Source: Escherichia coli
GTDB lineage: Bacteria; Pseudomonadota; Gammaproteobacteria; Enterobacterales; Enterobacteriaceae
DNA length: 64,000 nucleotides
Direction: 5' to 3' (one strand)
Assembly: GCF_003790525.1 (NCBI RefSeq)
Contig: NZ_CP033635.1
Shown here: one piece after another, positions 36,840 to 49,383 of the stretch
Layout: every line of letters starts with the position of its first letter
How positions within the stretch are numbered: position 1 is the first letter of the stretch
The notes under the pieces: generated by a model
Seen by the model: the letters and a program-made list of their open reading frames with translations, nothing else
The model's database searches: none
What the model was told of the DNA's origin: nothing
Translations under genes and position numbers: made by a program

Positions 36840-37688
36840 TTATTGCCGAACCAGTCTTGTGGTCGATGGGACAAAATCGCTATTACTGCGCCACGGGTTA
36901 ATGTCCAGACCGCCACGACGGGTATAACGTGCGTAAACGCTCAATTTCTCTGGCTGGCAGAAGCGTAACAGGTCATTAAAGATGCGTTCCACGCACTGTT
37001 CGTGGAACTCGTTGTGATGGCGGAAAGAGACCAGGTAACGCAGCAGTTTTTCTCTGTCAATTTGGCGTCCACGATACTGAATTTGGATCGATCCCCAATC
37101 TGGTTGATGGGTGATCAGGCAGTTTGATTTCAGCAGGTGGCTGACGAGCGTCTCTTCTACTACTTTTTCGCCACTGGTGGCATTCTCCAGATAGTCAGTA
37201 GTGAATTCATAGTTATCGATAGTGATATCCTGGTCATCAATGCAAGTGCCATTGAAATGACCTATCGGTTGGCCTTCCAGTTCATCAAGACGATATAACG
37301 CCACGCTAACCTTACCCTGAGCGCAAGTGCTTAAGTCGCGCTCCAGCGTCTGGCGCACCTCATCCCAGTTATTAAAACGCGTCTGGTTAAAACTGTTGAG
37401 ATAGAGCTTAAAACTCTTCGACTCAATCAGATTTGCGCTGGTGTAATCAAGTTCAACATGACCGACGGCGACCTGCGGCAAACCTTTCGCATTCAGCCAG
37501 GAAAGTTCATATAGCGTCCAGATATCCGTACCGTGAAAAGGCAGGTTATCCGCTTTCAGACCCAGCGGATCGCGATTCAGACTACGCGGAACGCCTTGCA
37601 GTAGGCTGGCGTCATAGGTATCCCGGTAATCGGTTGATTTTCCAAGAGTCAGGCCCGCAAGTGCCTGATGGTTTGCATAAGAAGACAT
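36840..37688 (-). CDS. queF: NADPH-dependent 7-cyano-7-deazaguanine (preQ0) reductase
   Basis: 282 aa two-domain QueF. Confidence 0.9.
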
Positions 37689-37755
37689 GTTTCACCGTCA
37701 TAAACCAGATAAACTAAACGACAAGTGTATCTGGTTTAAGTGAAGAGAGAAATTA

Positions 37756-38301
37756 GTGGACGATTTGACCGCACAAGCCCTGAAAGATTTTACTGCACGC
37801 TACTGCGATGCGTGGCATGAAGAGCATAAAAGCTGGCCGTTGAGTGAGGAACTGTACGGTGTTCCTTCACCGTGCATTATTTCAACTACCGAAGATGCCG
37901 TATACTGGCAACCCCAGCCGTTTACCGGGGAACAAAATGTAAACGCGGTTGAACGTGCTTTTGATATTGTGATACAACCCACAATTCATACCTTTTATAC
38001 GACTCAGTTTGCCGGGGATATGCACGCGCAGTTTGGCGATATCAAACTGACATTGCTGCAAACCTGGAGTGAAGACGACTTCCGTCGGGTGCAGGAAAAT
38101 CTGATTGGTCATCTGGTGACTCAGAAAAGGCTAAAACTGCCGCCCACGCTATTTATCGCGACGCTGGAAGAAGAGTTAGAGGTGATCTCGGTGTGTAATC
38201 TCTCCGGTGAAGTGTGCAAAGAGACGCTGGGAACACGTAAACGGACGCATTTAGCCTCAAATCTTGCGGAATTCCTTAATCAACTTAAGCCTCTTCTGTA
38301 A
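37756..38301 (+). CDS. syd: SecY-interacting protein Syd
   Basis: 181 aa. Confidence 0.85.
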
Positions 38302-38320
38302 TCCAAATACCCCATCTGGT

Positions 38321-38338
38321 TGTGAGAGATCTCTTACA
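38321..38338. promoter_or_regulatory. UvrY/SirA-type 18-bp palindrome upstream of csrB (TGTGAGAGATCTCTTACA)
   Basis: Perfect palindrome about 180 bp upstream of the csrB 5' end; matches the known BarA-UvrY target upstream of csrB as I recall it. Confidence 0.7.
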
Positions 38339-38520
38339 GACTCTGTAGGAGATCGCCAGGAAATAAGCGAATACTTAAAAAGATAAGAATCGTTATTTTC
38401 ATTTAAAATCAATATATTGCTTGTCAATTCTTAACTTTCATATGAAATTTTCCTTAAGGCATTGTCTGTAAGCGCCTTGTAAGACTTCGCGAAAAAGACG
38501 ATTCTATCTTCGTCGACAGG

Positions 38521-38877
38521 GAGTCAGACAACGAAGTGAACATCAGGATGATGACACTTCTGAAGGACACACCAGGATGGTGTTTCAGGGAAAGGCTTCT
38601 GGATGAAGCGAAGAGGATGACGCAGGACGCGTTAAAGGACACCTCCAGGATGGAGAATGAGAACCGGTCAGGATGATTCGGTGGGTCAGGAAGGCCAGGA
38701 ACACTTCAGGATGAAGTATCACATCGGGGTGGTGTGAGCAGGAAGCAATAGTTCAGGATGAACGATTGGTCGCAAGGCCAGAGGAAAAGTTGTCAAGGAT
38801 GAGCAGGGAGCAACAAAAGTAGCTGGAATGCTGCGAAACGAACCGGGAGCACTGTGAATACAGTGCTCCCTTTTTTT
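38521..38877 (+). ncRNA. csrB: CsrB sRNA (CsrA-sequestering RNA)
   Basis: ~357 nt starting GAGUCAGACAACGAAGUGAACAUCAGGAUGAUGACACUUCUG with >15 GGA/CAGGAUG motifs, ending in the hairpin GGGAGCACUGUGAAUACAGUGCUCCC + U7; between syd and yqcC as in K-12. Confidence 0.9.
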
Positions 38878-38922
38878 ATTCCTGCTATCCTTCGCGGCAG
38901 TTTTTCTTATTGAGGTTGCTTT

Positions 38923-39252
38923 ATGACCACTCATGACCGCGTTCGTTTCCAGTTGCAGGCGCTTGAAGCGTTACTGCGTGAACATCAGCACTGGCGAAAC
39001 GATGAACCCCAGCCGCATCAATTTAATAGTACCCAACCGTTCTTTATGGACACCATGGAACCACTGGAGTGGTTGCAGTGGGTGCTGATCCCGCGAATGC
39101 ACGATTTGTTAGAAAACAACCAGCCGTTACCGGGCGCTTTTGCCGTTGCTCCCTATTATGAAATGGCGCTGGCGACGGACCACCCGCAACGCGCGCTTAT
39201 TCTGGCTGAGCTGGAAAAACTGGATGCTCTTTTTGCGGATGATGCGAGCTAA
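38923..39252 (+). CDS. yqcC: DUF446 protein
   Basis: 109 aa; synteny, stop overlaps the truC start. Confidence 0.8.
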   Translation: MTTHDRVRFQLQALEALLREHQHWRNDEPQPHQFNSTQPFFMDTMEPLEWLQWVLIPRMHDLLENNQPLPGAFAVAPYYEMALATDHPQRALILAELEKLDALFADDAS

Positions 39253-40034
39253 TGCTGGAAATACTCTATCAGGATGAATGGCTGGTTGCGGTAAATAAAC
39301 CCTCCGGCTGGCTGGTTCACCGCAGCTGGCTGGATCGCGACGAGAAAGTAGTGGTCATGCAAACCGTGCGTGACCAGATAGGCCAGCATGTGTTTACTGC
39401 TCATCGTCTGGACCGACCCACTTCTGGTGTGTTGTTGATGGGATTATCCAGCGAGGCCGGACGGCTGCTGGCACAACAGTTTGAACAGCACCAAATCCAG
39501 AAACGTTACCATGCGATTGTGCGCGGCTGGTTGATGGAAGAAGCGGTGCTGGATTATCCACTGGTGGAAGAACTGGACAAAATCGCTGATAAATTTGCCC
39601 GCGAAGATAAAGGCCCGCAGCCAGCAGTGACGCATTATCGCGGTCTGGCGACCGTAGAAATGCCGGTAGCGACCGGACGTTACCCGACCACGCGCTACGG
39701 CCTGGTGGAACTGGAGCCGAAAACCGGACGTAAGCACCAGCTCCGTCGCCATCTTGCCCATTTGCGCCACCCGATTATTGGCGACAGCAAACATGGTGAT
39801 TTACGCCAGAATCGCAGCGGTGCTGAACATTTTGGCCTTCAGCGGTTAATGCTGCATGCCAGTCAGTTGTCATTGACGCATCCTTTTACTGGCGAGCCGC
39901 TGACTATTCACGCGGGCCTGGACGACACCTGGATGCAGGCGTTATCACAATTTGGCTGGCGGGGTCTGCTTCCTGAAAATGAAAGGGTTGAGTTCAGTGC
40001 GCCATCGGGTCAGGATGGAGAGATAAGTTCCTAA
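39252..40034 (+). CDS. truC: tRNA pseudouridine(65) synthase
   Basis: 260 aa RluA-family pseudouridine synthase ([12 protein letters not shown] catalytic Asp motif). Confidence 0.9.
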   Translation: MLEILYQDEWLVAVNKPSGWLVHRSWLDRDEKVVVMQTVRDQIGQHVFTAHRLDRPTSGVLLMGLSSEAGRLLAQQFEQHQIQKRYHAIVRGWLMEEAVLDYPLVEELDKIADKFAREDKGPQPAVTHYRGLATVEMPVATGRYPTTRYGLVELEPKTGRKHQLRRHLAHLRHPIIGDSKHGDLRQNRSGAEHFGLQRLMLHASQLSLTHPFTGEPLTIHAGLDDTWMQALSQFGWRGLLPENERVEFSAPSGQDGEISS

Positions 40035-40051
40035 TCCAGGGAGAAAACGGT

Positions 40052-40501
40052 ATGGCGGAAATTGGTATTTTTGTCGGCACTATGTACGGAAATTCGCTGT
40101 TAGTGGCGGAAGAAGCGGAAGCAATTCTGACCGCGCAGGGCCACAAAGCAACGGTATTTGAAGATCCTGAATTAAGCGACTGGCTGCCCTATCAGGATAA
40201 GTATGTTCTGGTGGTTACGTCCACGACCGGGCAGGGCGACCTTCCTGATTGCATTGTGCCGCTCTTTCAGGGAATTAAAGATACCCTGGGCTTCCAGCCG
40301 AATCTGCGTTATGGCGTGATTGCGCTCGGCGACAGTAGTTATGTGAATTTCTGCAATGGCGGCAAACAGTTCGATACCTTGTTGCAGGAACAGAGCGCTC
40401 AGCGAGTGGGAGAAATGCTGTTGATTGACGCCAGTGAGAACCCGGAACCGGAAACGGAATCAAATCCGTGGGTCGAACATTGGGGCACGCTGTTGTCCTG
40501 A
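40052..40501 (+). CDS. yqcA: Flavodoxin-like protein
   Basis: 149 aa short-chain flavodoxin fold. Confidence 0.85.
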   Translation: MAEIGIFVGTMYGNSLLVAEEAEAILTAQGHKATVFEDPELSDWLPYQDKYVLVVTSTTGQGDLPDCIVPLFQGIKDTLGFQPNLRYGVIALGDSSYVNFCNGGKQFDTLLQEQSAQRVGEMLLIDASENPEPETESNPWVEHWGTLLS

Positions 40502-40553
40502 TACGTTCAGCGAGCGGTAAATGCCGTTTTAGCAGTGCTGAATCGAATCTTTT

Positions 40554-40610
40554 CAGGCAAATGCCAGTAAAAACTGCTTCATAGCGCGGATTTTTACTGG
40601 CGTTTGCCTG
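40554..40610. repeat. 20-bp near-perfect inverted repeat (caggcaaatgccagtaaaaa / tttttactggcgtttgcctg) with 17-nt spacer
   Basis: Seen directly in sequence 50 bp downstream of yqcA; 19/20 complementary. Confidence 0.6.
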
Positions 40611-40935
40611 GAGTCAAGCGATCCATTTCATACTCTTCTTTATTTCTTCGATTTAACCCTTCCTTTCTTGTTTTTGTTTTCATTTCCGTGAAGTGGATTC
40701 CACCGTCCAGGGCTAATGCCAAAATCGGGCCTCATTGAACGCATTAATGTTGTGTTGTTGCACGGTGAGCCGCTATGGCGCGCTTTTTATACTGCTATTG
40801 CCAGATATAAACACGCGCCGTATTCGGCGAACGACCTATAAAAACGGCAAAAAACACCCTACGTCACCTCTGATTTCCTGGCGATGTCGCAGTCCAGAGT
40901 GAGCGTGGCTAACGCGAATTTTCAGGAGTGCAACA

Positions 40936-42288
40936 ATGAGTTCTTTAAGTCAGGCTGCGAGCAGTGTGGAAAAACGCACGAATGCTCGTTACTGGATAGT
41001 GGTGATGTTGTTTATCGTCACATCCTTCAACTACGGCGACCGCGCTACGCTCTCTATCGCCGGTTCGGAAATGGCCAAAGATATCGGCCTTGATCCTGTG
41101 GGAATGGGCTATGTGTTCTCTGCTTTCTCATGGGCTTATGTTATCGGGCAGATCCCTGGTGGTTGGTTGCTGGATCGTTTTGGTTCAAAACGCGTCTACT
41201 TCTGGTCGATCTTTATCTGGTCGATGTTTACCTTGCTGCAAGGCTTCGTCGATATCTTTAGTGGATTCGGCATTATCGTTGCCCTGTTTACGCTGCGCTT
41301 CCTGGTCGGGCTTGCTGAAGCGCCCTCTTTCCCCGGCAACAGTCGCATTGTTGCGGCCTGGTTTCCGGCGCAGGAAAGGGGAACGGCGGTGTCGATTTTT
41401 AACTCCGCTCAATACTTCGCAACGGTGATCTTCGCGCCGATTATGGGCTGGCTGACGCATGAAGTGGGCTGGTCACACGTCTTTTTCTTTATGGGCGGTC
41501 TGGGCATTGTCATCAGCTTTATCTGGTTGAAAGTCATCCACGAGCCAAATCAACATCCGGGTGTAAATCAGAAAGAGCTGGAGTACATCGCCGCGGGTGG
41601 CGCGCTGATCAATATGGATCAGCAAAACACCAAAGTTAAAGTGCCGTTCAGCGTGAAGTGGGGGCAGATCAAACAGCTGCTCGGGTCACGGATGATGATC
41701 GGCGTTTATATCGGTCAGTACTGTATCAACGCCCTGACTTACTTCTTTATTACCTGGTTCCCGGTTTATCTGGTGCAGGCGCGTGGGATGTCGATTCTGA
41801 AAGCGGGCTTTGTGGCTTCCGTTCCGGCGGTTTGCGGTTTTATCGGCGGTGTGCTGGGTGGGATTATTTCCGACTGGCTGATGCGCCGCACGGGATCGCT
41901 GAACATTGCGCGTAAAACACCGATCGTAATGGGCATGTTGCTGTCGATGGTGATGGTGTTCTGCAACTACGTCAACGTTGAGTGGATGATCATCGGCTTT
42001 ATGGCGCTGGCCTTCTTCGGTAAGGGCATCGGGGCGCTGGGTTGGGCAGTAATGGCAGATACCGCGCCAAAAGAGATCAGCGGTCTTTCCGGTGGCCTGT
42101 TCAACATGTTCGGTAACATTTCTGGCATCGTCACGCCAATCGCAATTGGTTATATCGTTGGCACGACTGGCTCCTTTAATGGGGCGCTGATTTATGTTGG
42201 TGTTCATGCCTTAATCGCGGTACTGAGCTACCTGGTGTTGGTGGGCGATATCAAGCGTATCGAGTTGAAACCTGTTGCGGGGCAATAA
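40936..42288 (+). CDS. gudP: Glucarate/galactarate MFS transporter
   Basis: 450 aa 12-TM MFS, first gene of gudPXD. Confidence 0.9.
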   Translation: MSSLSQAASSVEKRTNARYWIVVMLFIVTSFNYGDRATLSIAGSEMAKDIGLDPVGMGYVFSAFSWAYVIGQIPGGWLLDRFGSKRVYFWSIFIWSMFTLLQGFVDIFSGFGIIVALFTLRFLVGLAEAPSFPGNSRIVAAWFPAQERGTAVSIFNSAQYFATVIFAPIMGWLTHEVGWSHVFFFMGGLGIVISFIWLKVIHEPNQHPGVNQKELEYIAAGGALINMDQQNTKVKVPFSVKWGQIKQLLGSRMMIGVYIGQYCINALTYFFITWFPVYLVQARGMSILKAGFVASVPAVCGFIGGVLGGIISDWLMRRTGSLNIARKTPIVMGMLLSMVMVFCNYVNVEWMIIGFMALAFFGKGIGALGWAVMADTAPKEISGLSGGLFNMFGNISGIVTPIAIGYIVGTTGSFNGALIYVGVHALIAVLSYLVLVGDIKRIELKPVAGQ

Positions 42289-42289
42289 G

Positions 42290-43630
42290 ATGGCGACACA
42301 ATCCAGTCCTGTTATTACTGATATGAAAGTCATTCCGGTGGCCGGGCATGACAGCATGTTGCTTAATATTGGTGGTGCACATAACGCATATTTCACCCGC
42401 AATATTGTGGTACTCACCGATAACGCCGGGCATACCGGCATTGGTGAAGCGCCGGGCGGAGAGGTGATTTATCAGACACTGGTCGAGGCTATTCCGATGG
42501 TGCTGGGCCAGGAAGTTGCGCGCCTGAATAAAGTGGTTCAGCAGGTGCATAAAGGTAATCAGGCAGCCGATTTTGATACCTTCGGCAAAGGTGCCTGGAC
42601 TTTTGAATTGCGCGTTAATGCCGTGGCGGCGCTGGAAGCCGCCTTGCTTGACCTGCTAGGTAAGGCGCTGAATGTTCCGGTCTGCGAACTGTTAGGGCCA
42701 GGCAAGCAACGTGATGCTATTACCGTTCTCGGTTATCTGTTTTATATCGGTGATCGGACCAAAACCGATCTTCCTTATCTGGAAAATACTCCGGGCAACC
42801 ATGAGTGGTATCAATTGCGGCATCAGAAAGCGATGAACAGCGAAGCCGTTGTGCGTCTGGCGGACGCCTCACAGGATCGCTATGGCTTTAAAGATTTCAA
42901 ACTTAAGGGCGGAGTGTTACCTGGCGAGCAAGAAATCGACACTGTTCGTGCATTGAAGAAACGCTTCCCGGATGCGCGGATTACCGTTGATCCCAACGGA
43001 GCATGGCTGCTTGATGAAGCTATTTCTCTGTGCAAAGGGCTGAATGATGTTCTCACCTATGCCGAAGATCCGTGTGGCGCAGAACAGGGTTTCTCCGGAC
43101 GTGAAGTGATGGCGGAATTTCGGCGGGCGACCGGCTTGCCCGTCGCGACTAATATGATCGCCACCAACTGGCGCGAAATGGGCCATGCGGTGATGCTCAA
43201 TGCGGTAGATATTCCACTTGCCGACCCGCACTTCTGGACGCTTTCCGGTGCAGTCCGCGTAGCGCAGCTTTGCGACGACTGGGGGCTGACCTGGGGCTGC
43301 CATTCCAATAACCACTTTGATATCTCTCTGGCGATGTTTACCCATGTGGGCGCGGCGGCACCGGGTAATCCTACCGCTATCGATACCCACTGGATTTGGC
43401 AGGAGGGCGATTGTCGCCTGACCAAAAATCCGCTGGAGATTAAAAATGGAAAAATTGCCGTTCCTGATGCGCCCGGTCTGGGCGTGGAACTGAACTGGGA
43501 GCAGGTACAAAAGGCGCATGAGGCCTATAAACGTCTGCCTGGCGGTGCGCGTAACGACGCGGGCCCGATGCAGTACCTGATCCCCGGCTGGACCTTTGAC
43601 CGTAAACGTCCCGTTTTCGGCCGTCATTGA
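42290..43630 (+). CDS. gudX: Glucarate dehydratase-related protein (enolase superfamily)
   Basis: 446 aa from [24 protein letters not shown]; paralogue of gudD. Confidence 0.9.
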   Translation: MATQSSPVITDMKVIPVAGHDSMLLNIGGAHNAYFTRNIVVLTDNAGHTGIGEAPGGEVIYQTLVEAIPMVLGQEVARLNKVVQQVHKGNQAADFDTFGKGAWTFELRVNAVAALEAALLDLLGKALNVPVCELLGPGKQRDAITVLGYLFYIGDRTKTDLPYLENTPGNHEWYQLRHQKAMNSEAVVRLADASQDRYGFKDFKLKGGVLPGEQEIDTVRALKKRFPDARITVDPNGAWLLDEAISLCKGLNDVLTYAEDPCGAEQGFSGREVMAEFRRATGLPVATNMIATNWREMGHAVMLNAVDIPLADPHFWTLSGAVRVAQLCDDWGLTWGCHSNNHFDISLAMFTHVGAAAPGNPTAIDTHWIWQEGDCRLTKNPLEIKNGKIAVPDAPGLGVELNWEQVQKAHEAYKRLPGGARNDAGPMQYLIPGWTFDRKRPVFGRH

Positions 43631-43650
43631 TTTTGAAAAAGGACATAAAG

Positions 43651-44991
43651 ATGAGTTCTCAATTTTCGACGCCTGTTGTTACTGAAATGCAGGTCATCCC
43701 GGTGGCGGGCCATGACAGTATGCTGATGAATCTGAGTGGTGCACACGCACCGTTCTTCACGCGTAATATTGTGATTATCAAAGATAATTCTGGTCACACT
43801 GGGGTAGGGGAAATTCCCGGCGGCGAGAAAATCCGTAAAACGCTGGAAGATGCGATTCCGCTGGTGGTGGGTAAAACGCTGGGTGAATACAAAAACGTTC
43901 TGACGCTGGTGCGTAATACATTTGCCGATCGTGATGCCGGCGGGCGCGGTTTGCAGACATTTGACCTGCGGACCACTATTCATGTGGTTACCGGGATAGA
44001 AGCGGCAATGCTGGATCTGCTGGGGCAGCATCTGGGGGTTAACGTGGCATCGCTGCTGGGCGATGGTCAACAGCGTAGCGAAGTCGAAATGCTCGGTTAT
44101 CTGTTCTTCGTCGGTAATCGCAAAGCCACACCGCTGCCGTATCAAAGCCAGCCGGATGATCAATGTGACTGGTATCGCCTGCGTCACGAAGAAGCGATGA
44201 CGCCGGATGCGGTGGTGCGCCTGGCGGAAGCGGCATATGAAAAATATGGCTTCAACGATTTCAAACTGAAGGGCGGTGTACTGGCCGGGGAAGAAGAAGC
44301 AGAGTCTATTGTGGCACTGGCGCAACGCTTCCCACAGGCGCGTATTACCCTCGATCCTAACGGTGCCTGGTCGCTGAACGAAGCGATTAAAATTGGTACA
44401 TACCTGAAAGGTTCGCTGGCTTATGCAGAAGATCCGTGTGGTGCGGAGCAAGGTTTCTCCGGGCGTGAAGTGATGGCAGAGTTCCGTCGCGCGACTGGCC
44501 TGCCGACCGCAACCAATATGATCGCCACCGACTGGCGGCAGATGGGCCATACGCTCTCCCTGCAATCCGTTGATATCCCGCTGGCGGATCCGCATTTCTG
44601 GACGATGCAAGGTTCGGTACGTGTGGCGCAAATGTGCCATGAATTTGGCCTGACCTGGGGTTCACACTCTAACAACCACTTCGATATTTCTCTGGCGATG
44701 TTTACCCATGTAGCCGCTGCTGCACCGGGTAAAATTACTGCTATTGATACGCACTGGATCTGGCAGGAAGGCAATCAGCGTCTGACCAAAGAACCGTTTG
44801 AGATCAAAGGCGGGCTGGTACAGGTGCCGCAAAAACCAGGATTGGGCGTAGAAATCGATATGGATCAGGTGATGAAAGCCCACGAGCTGTATCAGAAACA
44901 TGGGCTTGGTGCGCGTGACGATGCGATGGGAATGCAGTACCTGATTCCTGGCTGGACGTTTGATAACAAGCGCCCGTGCATGGTGCGTTAA
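43651..44991 (+). CDS. gudD: D-glucarate dehydratase
   Basis: 446 aa from [25 protein letters not shown]. Confidence 0.9.
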   Translation: MSSQFSTPVVTEMQVIPVAGHDSMLMNLSGAHAPFFTRNIVIIKDNSGHTGVGEIPGGEKIRKTLEDAIPLVVGKTLGEYKNVLTLVRNTFADRDAGGRGLQTFDLRTTIHVVTGIEAAMLDLLGQHLGVNVASLLGDGQQRSEVEMLGYLFFVGNRKATPLPYQSQPDDQCDWYRLRHEEAMTPDAVVRLAEAAYEKYGFNDFKLKGGVLAGEEEAESIVALAQRFPQARITLDPNGAWSLNEAIKIGTYLKGSLAYAEDPCGAEQGFSGREVMAEFRRATGLPTATNMIATDWRQMGHTLSLQSVDIPLADPHFWTMQGSVRVAQMCHEFGLTWGSHSNNHFDISLAMFTHVAAAAPGKITAIDTHWIWQEGNQRLTKEPFEIKGGLVQVPQKPGLGVEIDMDQVMKAHELYQKHGLGARDDAMGMQYLIPGWTFDNKRPCMVR

Positions 44992-45051
44992 GACTGAAAA
45001 CAAAAACCGGCTCTGTCAGGAGCCGGTTTGAGACTGATGCCAAACGCAAAA

Positions 45052-45147
45052 TTGCCTGTTGCGCTACGTATCAGGCCAACATACTTTTTAATTCATTGAA
45101 TTTAATTGGTTTTGTAGGCAGGATAAGGCGTTAACGCCGCATCCGGC
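45052..45147. repeat. REP/BIME-like cluster between gudD and barA
   Basis: gtaggcaggataaggcgttaacgccgcatccggca (REP in inverted orientation) plus a degenerate copy upstream. Confidence 0.5.
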
Positions 45148-45221
45148 ATAAACACAGGCACTTTGTCACCAGTCTGAAACCAGCTTCATAAAAAGCCGAT
45201 TGCTACTCGACAAGACGTCCG

Positions 45222-47978
45222 TTACCCGAGAATTTTGCTGGCTTCGCGCGCTACATTATCCATCTCGTCTAACAGTTCCAGCAGCTCCGGCTCCAAATCT
45301 TCTTCTTTAGTACCGCTACGTAGCTGTTGTTCGATCAGTTGGCAGAGATTTTTCATACGCGGCACACCGCTATAGCCGCAACTGCCATGCAGTTTATGAA
45401 TCAAATCAACCAGGCCTTCCGGGTTTTCTCCAACCAGCTGTTCCTCAACTTTGTTGCGAACTTCAGGCAGGAAATCGAGTAACATTTGCAGCATATCGCG
45501 CGCTAAATCGGTTTTTCCTGCTGCCTGGCGTAGTGCCAGTTGCCAGTCGAGGGTCGCATTCGGGTTCACCACAATTTCGTTGACTTCGGGCGTCACGACG
45601 CGAGAGGAAATACCGCTGCCAGGCTTATAGCGCAACAACAAATTATGCAATCGCTCTTCTTCAATCGGTTTCGCCAGATAATCGCTCATCCCTGCGCCAA
45701 GCAGCTTCTCTTTTTGCCCGGCCATTGCATGCGCCGTTACCGCGATAACCGGCGTTTGTTGCTGATGGGGGAGCTGGTGGATGAGTTCGCAGGCCCGAAT
45801 GCCGTCCATGTCCGGCATTTGAATATCCATTAAGATCAAATCGAACGGCATCTGTTTCGCCCGTTCAACCGCCTGATGCCCGCTATCGCAAAGTTCCACA
45901 TGTTGCACCATATCTTCCAGCAATGCGCCGATAAGTTTCAGGTTAGCGGGGTTGTCATCAACCGCCATGACTGTCATTGCCAGCTTACTTTCATCGGTTA
46001 CAGGCAAAAGCGTGTTTTGTTTGTGATGACAAAATTCCGTCAGGGCAGGTAACAGGCGCGTAGGTGTTAATGGTTTCAGCAGACACGCGCCGATACCATC
46101 TTGCTTAAGTTTTTCAGCATTGACTTGTGCATGGCAAGGAAGTGCCAGCATCAGAAAATCGGTCATCGATACTGCTTTCGCTAATCGCTCATGTTGCATT
46201 GTTAGCGGCTCGCGGAAGGTCACCGCGATGCCTAACAACATCATGTCGTAATGCGCGGGAGGCAGCGCGGAGAACGTTGGGCTATAAACCACTTCCAGCG
46301 GCGTTTCACTTAAAATATCCAGCGTGCATTGCGCTGCTGCGGAGTTTGGTTCGACATAGGCCAGGCGCTTACCGGCGAGGCACTGGGTGGATGGCCCTTC
46401 GATAATAATGTTCGGGTTCAGATCGAGATTAATGTGGAACCAGAAAGTTGAACCACGATTCGGCTGGCTATGGAACGAAATATCACCGCCCATTTCATTA
46501 ACCAGTTTTTGTGTAATCACCAGCCCCAGCCCGGTGCCACCATGACGGCGGGAAATACTGGCATCAGCCTGTCTGAAGGCCTGGAATAAGCGCGATTGGT
46601 CGCGTTCAGGAATACCAATGCCGGTATCCCGAATCTGCACTTCAATTTGCACTTTGGTATTACTCAGCGCACGTTTTTCTACCAGAATATCAATGTTGCC
46701 ATTCTCGGTGAATTTAATTGCATTCCCCACCAGGTTAGTGATGATTTGCTGTAATCGTAGTGGGTCGCCGATAACGTTATCAGGCACGTCGCTTTTAATA
46801 TTGAGCGTCAGTTCCAGCCCTTTATCGTGAGAAGAATGTGCCAGCAGGGTAACGACTTCATCCAGCGTGCTGCGTAGTGGGAATGGAATACTTTCCAGAA
46901 TCAGCTTACCTGCTTCCAGTTTCGAGAAGTCGAGAACATCATTAATAATTGCCAGCAAATTATTTGCCGAACGTTCAATCGTATTCAGGTGATCGCGCTG
47001 CGTTGGTGTTAATTCTGTTTTCAGCGTCAGGCGGGTAAAGCCAATAACACCATTCAGTGGTGTACGCAGCTCGTGTGACATATTTGCCAGAAACTCGGAT
47101 TTAATACGCGCCGCTTCCTGGGCGCGCTTTTTCGCCAGATCCAACTCAACGTTCTGAATTTCCATCTGCTCCAGCGTCTCACGCAGATCGGACGTCGCCT
47201 GGTCGATATTGTGTTGCATCTCTTCGTGATAAGCCGCCAGCGACATTGCCATCGAGTTGATACCGTTTTTCAGCATATCCAGCTCGCCGAGCATAAATCC
47301 TTCCACCCGGCTGTCGAGTTGCCCGCGACGGATGCGGTCGACGGTATTCACCATGTTGCGAATCGGGCCGGTAACATCGCGCATTAAGCGCCAGCCAAAA
47401 ATAAGCGCAATACCGATACAAAACAGCATCATCACGCTGGAAATAAAGATCTCTTTATATTGCTGCAAGCGAACCGATTTAAGATCCAGCTCCAGCGCAA
47501 TATATCCCAGCATATTTTGACTATTTTTGGCATCGCTACTGGGCGATTCGTCGGGGGAGTAACTTTCAGAAATAATCGGCGTGCGGAGGATCATTATATC
47601 GCCGTCACGAGTGACAGTGAGCTGGCGAGGAAACGGCACGTTGCTGCCGAGCTGCATTGATGAGGGATCAAGATGAAAATTGGAGGTGACAAAGAGTCGG
47701 TTATTTTCATCATAAACCGAAATCGCGCGAACAATATCAGAATGGCGACGATGCAGTACGCTTATTAACTGACCGATAGATTCGCGATTTTGCAGACTCA
47801 TGCCATATTCAGTAGAAACTGCAAGCGGCTCAATAATGCTGGCACCGGCATCTTCCAGTTGACGCTGCAAGTCGTTATAGCGATGCACGACGAAAAAGAT
47901 ACTCAGCAATAAACCAATAAGGACGGTCGGTGCCAGGATCAGAATCATCATGCGTGCGCGCAGGCTGTAGTTGGTCAT
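45222..47978 (-). CDS. barA: Hybrid sensor histidine kinase BarA (HAMP-HisKA-HATPase-REC-HPt)
   Basis: 918 aa; H-box SHELRTPLN, receiver and HPt domains. Confidence 0.95.
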
Positions 47979-48034
47979 GGAGTTCCGTTATGGGACAATT
48001 AAGGTCACACTGTTAAATTGAGAAAGTCTCGCCA

Positions 48035-49336
48035 ATGGCGCAATTCTACTCTGCAAAACGACGCACGACGACGCGTCAGATCATAACCGTTTCAGTCAAT
48101 GACCTCGACTCTTTTGGTCAGGGCGTGGCGCGACATAACGGCAAAACGTTATTTATTCCTGGATTATTGCCACAGGAAAACGCGGAAGTTACTGTTACTG
48201 AAGATAAAAAACAGTACGCCCGCGCTAAAGTCGTACGCCGGTTAAGCGATAGCCCGGAACGCGAAACGCCACGCTGCCCTCATTTTGGCGTATGCGGTGG
48301 CTGTCAGCAACAACACGCCAGCGAGGATTTACAGCAGCGAAGCAAAAGTGCGGCACTCGCCCGATTAATGAAACACGAAGTCTCTGAAGTGATCGCCGAT
48401 GTTCCCTGGGGCTATCGCCGTCGCGCGCGTTTAAGTTTGAACTACTTACCGAAAACACAGCAACTTCAGATGGGGTTTCGCAAAGCGGGCTCCAGTGACA
48501 TTGTCGACGTTAAACAATGCCCCATTTTAGTGCCCCAACTTGAAGCATTGCTGCCCAAAGTCAGGGCATGCCTGGGCAGCTTACAAGCTATGCGCCATCT
48601 TGGTCATGTTGAACTGGTACAGGCAACCAGCGGCACGCTGATGATTTTGCGCCATACCGCACCGCTAAGTTCGGTAGATCGCGAAAAACTGGAACGCTTT
48701 TCGCATTCTGAAGGCCTGGATCTGTATCTCGCCCCCGATAGTGAGATACTCGAAACCGTCTCTGGTGAGATGCCCTGGTATGACTCAAACGGGTTGCGCT
48801 TAACTTTTAGCCCGCGCGATTTTATTCAGGTCAATGCGGGTGTGAACCAAAAAATGGTAGCGCGTGCGTTGGAATGGCTGGATGTACAACCTGAAGATCG
48901 CGTACTGGATCTGTTCTGCGGTATGGGCAACTTTACACTGCCATTGGCGACACAAGCTGCCAGTGTGGTGGGTGTAGAAGGCGTTCCGGCGCTGGTGGAA
49001 AAAGGCCAGCAGAATGCGCGTCTTAATGGCTTACACAATGTGACGTTTTATCACGAAAATCTTGAAGAAGATGTCACAAAGCAGCCGTGGGCGAAAAACG
49101 GCTTCGATAAAGTGTTGCTGGACCCGGCGCGAGCAGGTGCCGCAGGTGTTATGCAGCAAATTATAAAACTGGAACCTATTCGTATAGTTTATGTATCCTG
49201 TAATCCTGCAACGCTGGCTCGGGATAGCGAAGCGTTATTAAAAGCAGGATATACCATTGCGCGACTGGCGATGCTGGATATGTTCCCACACACGGGACAT
49301 CTGGAATCGATGGTACTTTTCTCGCGCGTTAAATAG
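48035..49336 (+). CDS. rlmD: 23S rRNA m5U1939 methyltransferase (TRAM + Fe-S + SAM MTase)
   Basis: 433 aa; 4Cys cluster motif [11 protein letters not shown]. Confidence 0.9.
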   Translation: MAQFYSAKRRTTTRQIITVSVNDLDSFGQGVARHNGKTLFIPGLLPQENAEVTVTEDKKQYARAKVVRRLSDSPERETPRCPHFGVCGGCQQQHASEDLQQRSKSAALARLMKHEVSEVIADVPWGYRRRARLSLNYLPKTQQLQMGFRKAGSSDIVDVKQCPILVPQLEALLPKVRACLGSLQAMRHLGHVELVQATSGTLMILRHTAPLSSVDREKLERFSHSEGLDLYLAPDSEILETVSGEMPWYDSNGLRLTFSPRDFIQVNAGVNQKMVARALEWLDVQPEDRVLDLFCGMGNFTLPLATQAASVVGVEGVPALVEKGQQNARLNGLHNVTFYHENLEEDVTKQPWAKNGFDKVLLDPARAGAAGVMQQIIKLEPIRIVYVSCNPATLARDSEALLKAGYTIARLAMLDMFPHTGHLESMVLFSRVK

Positions 49337-49383
49337 TTACGATTTGCCGATTTCGGCAGGTCTGGTCCCTAAAGGAGAGGACG

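Noticed and set aside
38454-38934. Short ORFs and apparent tandem caggatg repeats
   Set aside because: This is the csrB sRNA; the repeats are CsrA-binding GGA motifs, not coding sequence or a satellite repeat.
42917-44640. 236-aa and 338-aa minus-strand ORFs
   Set aside because: Antisense to gudX and gudD respectively; shadow ORFs.
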